Assembly (NCBI GenBank): GCA_965240325.2
Contig: OZ251242.1
Coordinates: 558,001 to 622,000, forward strand
Source of the DNA: Rebecca billardiae RCC1528
Taxonomy: Eukaryota > Protista > Haptophyta
Reading direction: 5' to 3'
DNA length: 64,000 nucleotides
Shown: positions 12,531 through 23,937 of the stretch, piece after piece
Position numbering within the stretch: the stretch's first letter is position 1
Layout of the letters: each line of letters starts with the position of its first letter
The notes under the pieces: model-generated
What the model saw: only the letters and a program-made list of their open reading frames with translations
Database searches by the model: none
What the model was told of the DNA's origin: nothing
Made by a program: the position numbers and the translations under genes

Positions 12531-14414
12531 TCACTGGCTGTACTTGTCCGAGGCGATCCGGATCGCCGCCGCCCCCGTCGACGAGCGGCGGCGGTTAAGC
12601 TGCTTGGCGCCGGTGCTGAGCTTGCTCGCCGTCTCGGGTCCGTAGAAGTGGTGGATCAGCTGCATGTTGTAGTTGGTCACGTCGTTCACGGACTCGAAGC
12701 ACGCGCTCGAGCCGAGCCAGAAGGTGCGGTTCTCACCCTGCGCCTCGAGCAAGTCCCACGGCAGCCCCTTCTCGAGGCCCTCCTGCGAGAACTGGTAGAA
12801 GTAGTCCCACGGCTTCTGCTGCAGCACGCGCACGCCGCTCACGCCCTGCGCGCGCAGGTCGGCCTCGAGCGCCGAGCGCAGCGCGGCGCCGTCGATCGCG
12901 CCGTCGGCCGGCCGGCGATGCTCGCCGAGCGCGGTGAGCTGGTACCCGACGCACACGTGCGCGCCCGGCGTCGGCCGCACCGCGCCAAGCGCCGGCTCGG
13001 CGTTCTCGCACAGGTCTGCGGCGTGCAGCTCGCGCGTGAAGTTTGCCAGCATGCGCTCGCCGTCGGAGCGGCCCGCGGGCGCGCCCGCCGCCAGAGCCTC
13101 GCGGGTGGGCCGGATCGAGCGCTCGGACCAGCGCTCGCAGTTGATGGCCAGCGGGTTGGCGCGCGGCGTGATCGTCGGGTCCGCGCGGTCGGGCAGGTAC
13201 GCGATGACGGCCTGGCCGCCGCTCGGGCGCGGGTCCCGCTCGTACAGCGTGGTCGTCAGGCCCAGCGGCGCGAGGCTCGAGATCACGCGCTTCTCGAGCT
13301 CGGTGAGCGCGAGCGCGCGCGCGATCGGCGCGTACGGGCACGCGATGAAGACGTGCGTGCCGCGCACGGTGAAGGAGCGCCCGCCGCCCCGCGGCCGCCC
13401 GCCGCCGGGGTGCGCGCTCTTGGTGGCGACGCCCTTGACGGTCACGCCGCTCGCCGAGCGGACGATCGACGTGACGCGGTGGCCGAGCCGCACGTCGAGG
13501 CGGTCCTGCGCGACCATGCGCTGCCACAGCTTGGACCAGCCGCCGCGCAGCATGGTGAGCACGGGCTCGGCGTGCGCCTTGTCCGAGGCGTACGCGATGA
13601 ACGCCTCCATCAGGTCGGCGCTGAACCACATCAGCCCGTAGAAGGTGGGCACGCTCTCGAGGAAGCCGTACCCCTGCGTCGTCTGGCCGATGATCAGCAG
13701 CGGGATGAGCGCCTCGCAGCCGTGCTCGGCGAGGAACGCGGCGAAGGGCTTGCGCATGCGCGCCCACTGCGCCGCGCTCGGCCGCGGCGGGAGCGCGCCG
13801 TAGTAGCTGCCCATGCACTCCTTGTGCAGCCGCTGGTACTTGCGCGCCGCCTGGACGAACGCGAGCGACACGCCGATGCCCGGCAGGCACTTGGCGCTGC
13901 CCGACTTGGCCACGAGGTGCTCGCGCACGGCGGCGCGGTGCCACGTCGCCAGCGACGTGAACGTCGCGGCGCCGTGGCGGCCGGGCACGTCGTCCCAGAA
14001 GAAGTCGCGGTCGCCGGTGACGCCCCCGGGCCGGATCAGATCGGCCGCCATGCCGTACTTGGCAAACAGCGCCTTGGGCACGTGGTACTCGGGGTGCGCG
14101 TAGCACGTGCCCATCTCGTGCACGACGTCGTCCATCACCACGCTGAACGACTTGCCGCCGACGCGGTGCTCCGCCTCGAGGAGCACGGGCGTGACGCCCA
14201 CCTCCTTGAGCATCGACGCCATGTGCACGCCGGCCGGGCCGGCGCCGACAATGATGGCCACGTTCCCCCTCGTCGGAGCGGACTCGGGGCCGCAGCGGAA
14301 GCGGTGGCCCGCGCCGCCGTGCCCGACGTACGAGCCATCCGACTGGCGCGCCGAGGCGCGCGACGGCGCCGACGGATCGACCTCGCGCTGCGAGACGCGC
14401 TCGTACTTGCCCAT
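12531..14414 (-). CDS. FAD-dependent oxidoreductase, polyunsaturated fatty acid isomerase (PAI)-like
   Basis: IIVGAGPAG...E...VGGKS...HEMG; QGYGFLESVPTFY; WDYF...QGENRTFWLGSSACFESVNDVTNY. These motifs are colinear with Propionibacterium PAI-type flavin isomerases. Intronless. Confidence 0.8.
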   Translation of the reverse strand: MGKYERVSQREVDPSAPSRASARQSDGSYVGHGGAGHRFRCGPESAPTRGNVAIIVGAGPAGVHMASMLKEVGVTPVLLEAEHRVGGKSFSVVMDDVVHEMGTCYAHPEYHVPKALFAKYGMAADLIRPGGVTGDRDFFWDDVPGRHGAATFTSLATWHRAAVREHLVAKSGSAKCLPGIGVSLAFVQAARKYQRLHKECMGSYYGALPPRPSAAQWARMRKPFAAFLAEHGCEALIPLLIIGQTTQGYGFLESVPTFYGLMWFSADLMEAFIAYASDKAHAEPVLTMLRGGWSKLWQRMVAQDRLDVRLGHRVTSIVRSASGVTVKGVATKSAHPGGGRPRGGGRSFTVRGTHVFIACPYAPIARALALTELEKRVISSLAPLGLTTTLYERDPRPSGGQAVIAYLPDRADPTITPRANPLAINCERWSERSIRPTREALAAGAPAGRSDGERMLANFTRELHAADLCENAEPALGAVRPTPGAHVCVGYQLTALGEHRRPADGAIDGAALRSALEADLRAQGVSGVRVLQQKPWDYFYQFSQEGLEKGLPWDLLEAQGENRTFWLGSSACFESVNDVTNYNMQLIHHFYGPETASKLSTGAKQLNRRRSSTGAAAIRIASDKYSQ

Positions 14415-14462
14415 GATGACCAAGGAGTCTGCCGCCGACGAATCAGGAGACCCGCGTCGTCC

Positions 14463-16327
14463 CAAGGGTAGTAAGGGCAAGGTAAGGGTGAGCAACTCCG
14501 CTGGCGACAGCCGCGAAGGTCGGCAGCCCTCTGTTTGCCGCGAGCGGAGCGGAGCGAGTACTATCAGCGGCGGAGGGCGCTGAGGGCGCGCACGGCGTGA
14601 GGCGCGGCGTCGGCCGAGTCGGTCCGCGGAGGATGCGCGGCGCTCGGCCCGCTGCGCAGCGGCAGTGCGCCTCACTTTGCCCCGAGCGCCGTCCTCCGCG
14701 TCGCCTCCTTCCCGCCTTGGAGCAGCACGCATGTGCGCGCCGCCACCTTGAAGGCGGCACGGGCTTGCTCAGACAACCGCGCGCGCGTGGCGCGCGACTT
14801 GGTCGGCTGCGCGCGCGCGCCGCCGCGGTGCAAGGTAGCGCCGCCGCATGCGCGCGCCGTGCCAGCGCGAGAGCGTGTGCGCGGACCTGAGTGCGACCTC
14901 ACACACATGTCGAATGCTGCTTGGCATCCGACTTGCGGACTGACGGGAAGCTGGAAAAGACAGCGGCGTGAGTGTTGGTACCATCGATGCGGAGCCTTAG
15001 CGTCCACTTGCATTCGTGCTAGGAAGGAATAGACAAGACTAGGCCTTCGTCCTGGGTATCCAATGTCACTCAACACCTCGCTGATCGACCCGACGAGTGC
15101 CAGCGTGAGGCACAGCAAATCATTCTTGAGAGCAAGCAGACAAGCGAGCACTACGCTCATGAGATGGCCGTGAGCAAAGGCTCGCGCTGGCACGGCGCGC
15201 GCATGCGGCGGCGCTACCTTGCACCGCGGCGGCGCGCGCGCGCAGCCGACCAAGTCGCGCGCCACGCGCGCGCGGTTGTCTGAGCAAGCCCGTGCCGCCT
15301 TCAAGGTGGCGGCGCGCACATGCGTGCTGCTCCAAGGCGGGAAGGAGGCGACGCGGAGGACGGCGCTCGGGGCAAAGTGAGGCGCACTGCCGCTGCGCAG
15401 CGGGCCGAGCGCCGCGCATCCTCCGCGGACCGACTCGGCCGACGCCGCGCCTCACGCCGTGCGCGGCCTCAGCGCCCTCCGCCGCTGATAGTACTCGCTC
15501 CGCTCCGCTCGCGGCAACCAACCGGTCCAGACCTCGGGATTTGCCAGCCAAAACCAAAACCCACCCCAGGTGGGTTTCCGGGTGGAAATCTGGGCGCCGC
15601 GCTTACCGGACTCAGCTGAACGCCGCCGCCGCCGCCACCTCGCTCGCGCCTACCGCCGCCAGGGCGAGGCCGCGCGATGTCCAGTAGAGCTTCCGATGGG
15701 ACACAGCGGGGCGGTAGCGAGGCGGTGAACTAGTGTAGCTTGCGCGTGGCGCAGCGATTCGCGCCCTCGCACCTCGAAGGTCAGCTTGAGGCCCGCGCGA
15801 GCGCGAGCTTGCGCCGCCGCCACGTTCAGCCAGAGATATGGGCGCCTTGCCTGCCGAGGCAGCAGAGAGGCACGCACGCGCGGGAAGCCGCTGGGCACCA
15901 TGGCGCGCGCCTACGACCGTACTGTAACATGGCTCACGCCTTCCTGGGATGCGCGCCTCGGGTTGCTCTCAGCGCGCGCATACTTTGCGGGGATGACAGC
16001 ACGGCTGAAGTGAGAGGCGGCGCACACGTCCGTGCGGGCTCAAGGCGCGGAGAAGATGGGCAGACGCGAGTCGCCCGGCGCAGGGCGGCGCAGAAAGGCT
16101 CTATGCCTCTGCCCGACGGCGTGCGCCATCGCCGCGTGCACGTCTACGACCGCGGCGGCGCGGCAGCCGGCGGCGTCTCGCGGCGGATGGCTGTGGCGGC
16201 GCACGCGGCGCACGCGGCGGGTTTTGAATTTCCGAGTTTCCCAAATCCTGAGGTCTGGACCGGTTGGCAGAGGGCTGCCGACCTTCGCGGCTGTCGCCAG
16301 CGGAGTTGCTCACCCTTACTACCCTTG
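14463..16327. mobile_element. Foldback (long-TIR) P/Galileo-like non-autonomous transposon
   Basis: Ends CAAGGGTAGTAAGGG / CCCTTACTACCCTTG; 7-bp TSD GTCGTCC (14456-14462 / 16328-16334). Arms of ~400 bp (14463-14871 versus 15181-15517 plus 16268-16327) surround a ~310 bp spacer. Confidence 0.88.
15519..16266. mobile_element. Nested ~750 bp TIR element inside the right foldback arm
   Basis: TIR CAACCGGTCCAGACCTC(G/A)GGATTTG, 24/25 match. The element is absent from the left arm. No clean TSD. Confidence 0.78.
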
Positions 16328-16364
16328 GTCGTCCTACCTGTGTCGTTAAATCATAGAATGAGTC
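16328..16364 (+). mobile_element. Terminus of retroposon family R; the rest of this short copy is at 14429-14462, split by the foldback insertion
   Basis: GTCCTACCTGTGTCGTTAAATCATAGAATGAGTC is the reverse complement of the terminus at 5062 and 38016. 14429-14462 matches the next ~34 nt of the element. GAGTCTGC is directly repeated at 14425 and 16360. Confidence 0.75.
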
Positions 16365-16390
16365 TGCTCAATCGAACATAGTACCTACAA

Positions 16391-19300
16391 ATGCTGGCCA
16401 CCATGGACCATCCACCTGACCACCTCATGCTCGGATCGTCGGGGACCGGCGTGCTCTTGGCGCTGGCCGGTGCGGTGCCGAGTGTGTGCGTTACACTGCT
16501 GCTGCTGCTGTTTGCGGTCGGGCTGACGACTACCACGGGCTCACACCTCATCCGTGGCGCCGACGAGGGCGCCGAGGAGAGCGCGTGGCCTCGCGCCAAT
16601 GAGGCGCTGAACGCTTTCGCAATCCTCGTCGCGTCGCTGTTCGTCGTTGCGTCGAGCGCGAGCGTCGAGCTGATGCACGGGGTCAAAGCGCAGCGCGCGC
16701 ACCGCGCTGCGAACACCGCCCGCGCCACGACGGACATCACAGTCGGTGCGCTCGTGGCGATCGAGCGCGTCAACGTGGCGATCGGCGGCGCGCCTCAACC
16801 AGAGGAAGACCCAGCCGACTTTTTCGTCGCGATGACGGTGCAGTTCACGGCGCTGGTCTGGCTGAGCTACGTGGCGGGCGTGTACACCGGCTGGCCGCTC
16901 GTGCGCCTCTGCCGGGGCGACGCGGCCGCCGCCTCCGTCGGCAGGCACGGCCACGCGGTGGGTGGCGCCGCCGGCGCGCGCGAGCGGCTCGAGCTGCTGA
17001 TGGGCAGCCATCCGGCGCTGGACGATCTGTGGCGCGCGTTCGTGCACGCGGATCTACTGCTCCTGGTCGGGCTGCTTGCGCTCGTGACTGTCGGCCTCGC
17101 GCGTGGCGCCCAGCCGGGCGCGGTGCAGGGAGGGGCATCGGCGCGCTCCGCGTCGGCGCTGCCGTGGTGGGCGGCCGCCGCGCTCGGCTGGCTGCTGCTC
17201 ACCTCAGCGCTGCGCGTGCTCGGCCTGCTCGCGCACCTCGCGGCGAGCGGCGTGCTGGGCCACTTCTCGCAGGCGATGAATGCCGTGCTGGCAGCGGTCG
17301 ACGTGCTCGCTGCCGCCGTCACGGCCGCCGCCATCGCCGCGCCCGACGCAGCGCGGCTGCCCGTGCTGATTGTCGTCGGGCCATGGGCGGCGCGCGCGCT
17401 CGCGCACACGTCGTGCCTCTACGTCTGGGGCCTCGGCGAGGACGCCGCGCACGCGCACGCTGCGCCCGACGAGGAGGCCTCGCACGCCGGCGTGCCCCCC
17501 GTCCACCGGCAGCTCCCCGCCCCCGGGCGCAGCATGGCGCCCATCGAGGCGAAGGGGCGCGCAAACTCACTGGCGACCGGCGCGGCCGAGCAGCTGCGCG
17601 CGCTCGCGTCCTGGGCCGGGCCGTCGGCGGCGGGCGGCGCGGGGCGCGAGGCGAGCGTGGGCGGCGAGGACGAGGCGAGCCGCCCGCTGCGCATCCTCTC
17701 GCTCGACGGCGGCGGCGTGAAGGGCCAGAACCTCACGATGGTCCTCGAGGAGATCGAGGCGAGGTCGGGCCGGCCGATCGACTCGATGTTCGACCTGATC
17801 GTGGGCACGAGCGCGGGCGGCGCGGGCGCGCTCACGCTGCGCGCGTACCCCGGCTTCCGCGGCGTGCACGAGATGCACAAGGCGATCTTCGAGGAGTTCA
17901 TGGAGGTGCTTGGCACGGCGAACCTCGCGCGGCTCGCGTGGCCAGGCGGCACGATCTGCGACACGGCGGTCCTCGAGCGCACGTTCGCCGCCAAGTGGGG
18001 CGCGCACACGGCGCTGCTGCACGAGCCGAGCGCGGACGGCAGCGGCCCGGCCGGCGCGCGTCGGCCCAAGGTGGCGGTGCTCGCGTCGAAGATGGTGCCC
18101 GGCGGCGAGCCGCAGCCGTTCCTCTGCCGCACGTACAGCGCCGCGCCCCGCGGCGGCGCGGCGCGCCCGCTGCCCGGCACGCACAGCTGGACGTACGTCG
18201 AGGCGGCGCGCGCGACGTGCTGCGTGCCGTACCTGTTTGCGCCGTTTGTGGCCGACGGAGCCGCCTACCTGGACGGCGGCCTCGTCGCGTGCAACCCCGC
18301 CAGCATCGCGCTCAGCGAGGCGCGCGCGCTCTTCCCAGGTGCGAGGCCGCGCCGGCTGGGCGGCCTCGCTCGGCGCGCGCGCGCGCGCGGCCGAGCGCGC
18401 GTGCCCCGCGCCTTCCTGAGCCGCCCGCGCCGCCGCGCCGCGCGCCCGCCCACCTCGCGCGCGCCGCGACAGGCCAGCGCATCGGCGTGCTCGTCTCGAT
18501 CGGCTGCGGCAAGGCGTCCGTCGCGAGCGGCGCGGACGACGGCTCGGCGATGAAGTACATGATGCACCTGCTCGCCCGCGCCGTCTCGGCCGAGGAGACG
18601 CACCGCGACCTGCTGCGCGTGCTGCACGCCACCGAGAGCACGAGCGCCGCGCCCGAGCTGGCGGGCGTGCGCTACTTCCGCGTCAACCCGCCGACCGGCG
18701 ACTACGCGCTCGACGAGCGAGACCCGGCGCGTCTGCAGGCGATGCAGGACACGTGCGCCGAGTACCTCGGGAGGAAGGGCGAGGCGCTCGAACGCATGAT
18801 CGACGCGCTGGGCGGGAACGACCCGGCGCCGCCGCGCGGCGGCGCGCCGGGCACGCGCCCGCCGCTCGCGCCGTCGGTCGAGCTCAAGCGGAGGCGCGCG
18901 GGCGCGCACGCCGCGCACATGGACGGCGTGCTGGGCGAGCTGCTCGGCGCGCAGAGGGCGACGCACCAGCTGGCCGCGCGCGTGCATGCCAAGCGCGCGC
19001 GGCACTGGCTGCTGCCGTGCTGCGCGGCGCGCTCGCCCGCGTCCGTCTTTGAGTCGCGCCGCGCGCGGATGCGCAGGCGGCACGCCGGCGGCGCGGACGC
19101 GGCCGGCCCCGTGCCGCGCGCCACGCGGCGCGCAGCGTCGGCGCTGAGCCACGCGCGGCCGGGCGCGCTCGTGCTCGCGCTCGGCGTGAGCGCGACGACG
19201 CGCCTCGCCGAGCTCAGCGCGCACCACGTGCTGCGCGCGGGCTCGGTGCTCGACGCGAGCCGCGGCGCGCACACGGCGCTGTACTGCGCGCAGCTCGGCT

Positions 19301-21582
19301 GCGTGGGCCTCGGGCTGTGGGCGTCTGCGGCCGCGTCGATGTGGCTCATGGCGACCGCGACAGGCAGCGCTGCGCACCGCCGGCTCGAGCTGCACTTTGG
19401 CGCGACGCCGCGCGCCGAGCTGTGCGCGCTGTGCGTCTCGCTCCTCAACGTGGCGGTCGCGCGCGTGCACCTGCTCAGGCTGGCACAGCAGCCGGCGCGC
19501 CGCGGCGGCGGCGGCGGCGGCGGCCTCACCGGAGCGCCCGCGCTCAGCACCGCCGCGTGGGTGATCGACTGGGCGGTGTCGCTCGGAACGTACGCATTCG
19601 CGTGGCACGAGCTGGCCCCGCACGCGCTGCACCACGGGGGCTCGGCCGTGCTGCGCATCCCGCCGCGTGGCGCCGTGCCGGGCCTCCGCGCGCGCCGCGC
19701 GCCGCGCGACGCCGAGCTGGGCCGCGCGGCGCCGCCGTCACACGGCCTCAGCATGAGCGCGGCGCTCGCCGCTGCGCTCGCGGAGGTGGTGGCGGCGCCG
19801 CTCGCGCGCGTGCAGCTGGCGTACGCGGGGTACGCGCTGCTCGCGCTGCCCGCGCAGATCCTCGCGGCGCGGCTCACGGGCTGCGTCGGCGGCGCGTGCC
19901 TCGGCGCGCCCGCGGCCGTCGTGCTCGGGTCCCTCGACCTGGGCCTGGTGGGCGTGCGCGCGTGCGGCTTTGCGCTGCTCGCGGCCACGAGCGGCGCAGC
20001 GACGGTGAGCGCGCTGCGCGTGGCCGAGGCCATCGCGGACGCGTGCGCCGTGGGCAGCGCGCTCGTCGTGATCGCGTGGGCCCTCGGCGCGCGGTTCGCG
20101 CCCGGTGGCGAGCGCGGCGCCGACGCTGCCCTCGTCGCGCGGCTCGGCGCGCTGCTGCTGCGCGCGGGCGTCGTCGCCGCCTCGGAGGTGGGCGCGCGCC
20201 GACTGGCGGCACTCACGCTGCAGCAGCCCGTGGTGCGGCGGCGCAGCTCCATCGTGGGCTCCTCGCCCGCGCAGCGCCGCTTCACCGGCGACTTTGTCCG
20301 CCGGATGAGCGTGGCCGCACAGGGGCTGAGCTTCCGCGCCGGCTCGGCGGCAAGGGGGCTGCTCGGAGCCGAAGCGCACGGCGCCGCGGGCCCCGCCGCA
20401 GTGCGCGCCGCCAAGCCGCCGCCGCTCGGGCTGCAGCGCTCCAAGGCGCCCGAGCCGCCCGCGCGCGTGCTCTCGCTCGAGGGGCTGGGCGCGCGCGCGC
20501 TCAACGCCATCGTCGCGCTCGAGCTGCTGGAGGAGCGCACGCGCACGCCGGTAGGGCGGCTGTTCGACCTCGTCGTCGGCTCGGGCGCGGGCGCGCTCGT
20601 CGCGCTCGCGATCAGCGGCACGCCGCCCGAGCCCGGGCCGCTCGGCGCGGGCGCGCACTCGCTCGCGCTCACGCGCGCGCGGCGCGTGATCGAGCTGCTC
20701 GTCGAGCGGCTGCTCCCCGACCTCGCCGGCTCGCGCACGCGGCTGCTGCGCACGGGTTATTGCGGCTCGCTCGAGGCGGTCGGCGCGTTTGCGAGCGCGG
20801 CCGCGGCCGAGCTGGCGCTCGACGGCGGCGCGGAGCGGCGCGCGCCGGGCGCGCCGCACGCCGCGTGCGTGCTCACGCGCGTCGGCGGCGCGAGCGCCGC
20901 CGCCGACGACTTCCTCGACGTCGCGCTGCGCCGCACGTACGAACTCGACGGCGCGCGCGCCGCGGGGCTCCCGCCCGAGGTGGACGGCGGCACGCACGCC
21001 GAGGCGCTGCTGGGCGCGTGCGTCGCCTATCCCGGCGGCTTCCCTGCGCAGCCGAGCGCGAGCGGCGGCGTGTACATGACCGGCGTGATGGCGGCGCCGT
21101 GCCCGGCGCTCGTCGCGCTCACCGAGGCCGCGGCGCTCTGGCCCGAGCGGCGCGCCGCGCGCGTGCTCTCGGTCGGCGCGGGCGACGACGCGCTCGGCGG
21201 CGGCAGCTCGAGCGAGTCGATCCGGGCGCTCGCGAGCACGCTGCGCCGCCTCGCGCTCTCGGGCGAGCGCGAGTACCGCAAGGTGGAGCGGCTGCTGCCC
21301 TCGATGATGCCCGGCGCGCGGCTCTGGCGGCTCGAGGCGCCGGTGAGCGTCTCGCCCGCCGAGACGTCGGCCGCGCGGGTGCGAGAGATGGAGGAGTACA
21401 CGCGCTCCGCGCTGCTCGCGCAGCACACGGCCGGCTCGGTCGACGACGAGCACGCCGACGGCGAGACGCACGCAGGGGCAGCACGCGACGACGGGCTCAG
21501 CGGACGCGCGCTGCTCGATGAGATTGCGGGCATGTTGGTGGCGCGTACGCCCGGCGCTGCCGTCATCAAGGACAAAGAGTGA
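16391..21582 (+). CDS. Membrane-anchored patatin-like phospholipase with a second, degenerate patatin domain (intron 18339-18472)
   Basis: TM region, then ILSLDGGGVKG / DLIVGTSAGG / YLDGG. A second TM region precedes VLSLEGLGARA / DLVVGSGAGA / YMTGV. Start codon uncertain. Confidence 0.85.
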
Positions 21583-21891
21583 CGACCGGCCGGCCTGATG
21601 ACGACGGAGTCTGGTGGAGGAGGACGCGCGCGACGATGTCGATATGCAGATGAACAAGTGGAATAATGCCGCCACGGCCGCAATCCGCCTCACGCATGGC
21701 CGGCGCCGCGGCGCCGCCCGGGCGGGACGCCGGCGACGACAACGACACTCCACGACAACGGTAGCAGCGGCGGTCTCATGACACGGCATTTAGTAGCAGT
21801 GATTGATGACTGGTTGAGTCATGGACTGCCGGGGAAGGCCCACGCATCGGCCTACTGCCAGTATGGCTTGCGGGTTTATATATATTATATT

Positions 21892-22797
21892 GGCCTGTTT
21901 TATTTCTACCAGATTCCATTTACTATGTCACGGCGACAAACCCTTGGCCGCCAGTGGGAATCGGTGTCACGCCCCGTTGGGTGTACCTCTCACGGCCGAT
22001 GGCGGCCCCCACGTGCGCGAGGAACGCGATTCCTGCACTCCTCAGTGACCGGTGAGTGCAGGAATCCAGTTGCGGCTCTCGTCCGCCTCGCCATTGTCGC
22101 ACACGAGGTACACCCAACACCATGGGTCGGATCCTAGAACTCTCCGCGCGCTCGCGCCCGCGCGGCGAGGGCACTGGCAGGCTTGTTCTCATCATCTTGT
22201 CCAAGACTGCAGCCTGCTAGATGCGCGAGGACGCGTGTGCACGCCTTTCCGCGCGTCATGGGTGCGCGTGGCACGCACCTTGTCGTCATCTACGCCGAGG
22301 AGGCTTCAGCAACCGGCCCACCAACCTGCCGTGACCACGTTCAAATGCAGGCGGCACTAGCTGCATGCGAGCGCACGCAACAGAAACATCTCACGCTCGA
22401 CAAGGAAGTGGTGGCGGACCGAGTAGAGCTGGAATCATTTGCAGTCCATCTGTTGTTCAACTATCCTGGTTCACCAGCTGACACGGGCGCGACGCAGCCA
22501 AGGCAGAGTGCTTGCAGCTTGCAGCGCGCCCGCAACTACTGCGGTCTGCCGCCGCGGCGTGGCGATCGTCACACTGCCGTGCGCTGCGAGTGACCTCTGT
22601 GTCATGGCGAAGCAAGCAGCATGTCTTGGCAACACCTTTCGCTACAGCTCAGCGCCCTAGTACGAACATGCGCCAACGACGTGCCATCACTACTCTGCAA
22701 TCGCGCCGGCACCCACCAGCGGGCAAGCCGCAAGCCGCCATTTTACCCGCGTTTTGGCGAATGTCGCCGTTGGGCTCTCGTAGAAATAAAACAGGCC
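21892..22797. mobile_element. MITE family M, copy 3 (906 bp, inverted relative to copy 1)
   Basis: Same 18-bp TIR; TSD TATT (21888-21891 / 22798-22801). Nearly identical to copy 1, giving mirror-image ORF translations. Confidence 0.93.
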
Positions 22798-23937
22798 TAT
22801 TGCGGTCTGTCCGCGATCAGCGCGGCTCGGTCGCTGGCCCACTACTCACTGGCAACCGCGCGAGCGACGGGTCCCAGTGGCCAGTGGCCAGTTGCTCGGG
22901 AGCAGACTGGGAGTGGGAGCGTTAATTATTATATTGGCAAACCGTTCATCGGCGGATGATGAACGGCGAGGCCCCAGACGCGTTTGAGAATACGACAGTA
23001 CTGTAGTTAATGTTCAGAACGGCACGGTGACGGGCCTCCATCGGCCGCCACTGCCGAGTGCCGGCGGGCGGCCGCAGCGGCCGCCGGCCGGTGCAGCCCG
23101 GGCTGGCTGGCCGGCGCCGCCAGGGGCGGCGGCCGGAGCGGACGATGCCCGGCCCTGGCCCGCGGCGGTCGGTCGGGGCGTGCCGACTCTAGTCAGTAAG
23201 TCGTCGTCACTGACTCGTACGATTGTCAGTTGTACTGCTCAGAGTCACGGACACGGTTCCGGGCCAGTCCTAACTCAGTAGTCTAACAGTGCAGGCTCCG
23301 TGCCACTCGCAGGACCACGGTCCGCGGTCAGTGGACGTGGTCACTGGCGGGTCGGGCGGCGGCGGGCCCAGTCCGCGGCGGTTATATATATATATCGCGC
23401 GCGTTATTAATAATATATATATATATATATGACTGCCACGTCGCTGCTCCGCCGCCGCCCGTGCCCCTCGCCGCTACTCGCTAGGTGGGCGTACGCGGCC
23501 GGGCGCGGGCTCGGCGCTGCTGACGAGCACGCTGACTAACTGAGCTCAGATTGTCCGAGCATCTGCATCGCCTCGTCAATCAAGGCCAAGCATAGCCATG
23601 ACGTCGGCCTCCTCGCCACGAGGCCGTCAGCGCTCGCGTCGTCGTCTACAGGCGCGCCATGCCGGCGCACAGCCCGCCGGCGACTGCCAGTCGCGCGACT
23701 ACAGCTAGCAGTCTGGATGACAATTGACCACTCATGTGCGATCCGGACTCACAGCCGTTCAGCAAACCGTTCGGAACGGCGAGGCCCCAAACGCGTTTGG
23801 AGGACGTTCACAGAACGGGGGGGCCTCTCCCGTTTTGTCCCAGTCTGCTCGGGAGCGGGGCGGCCATTCAACCTGCGAGCCAGGGTTTTGGCGGCAAACC
23901 TTTTTCGAGTTCTGCGACCGGGGCGAGAGGCCAAACG

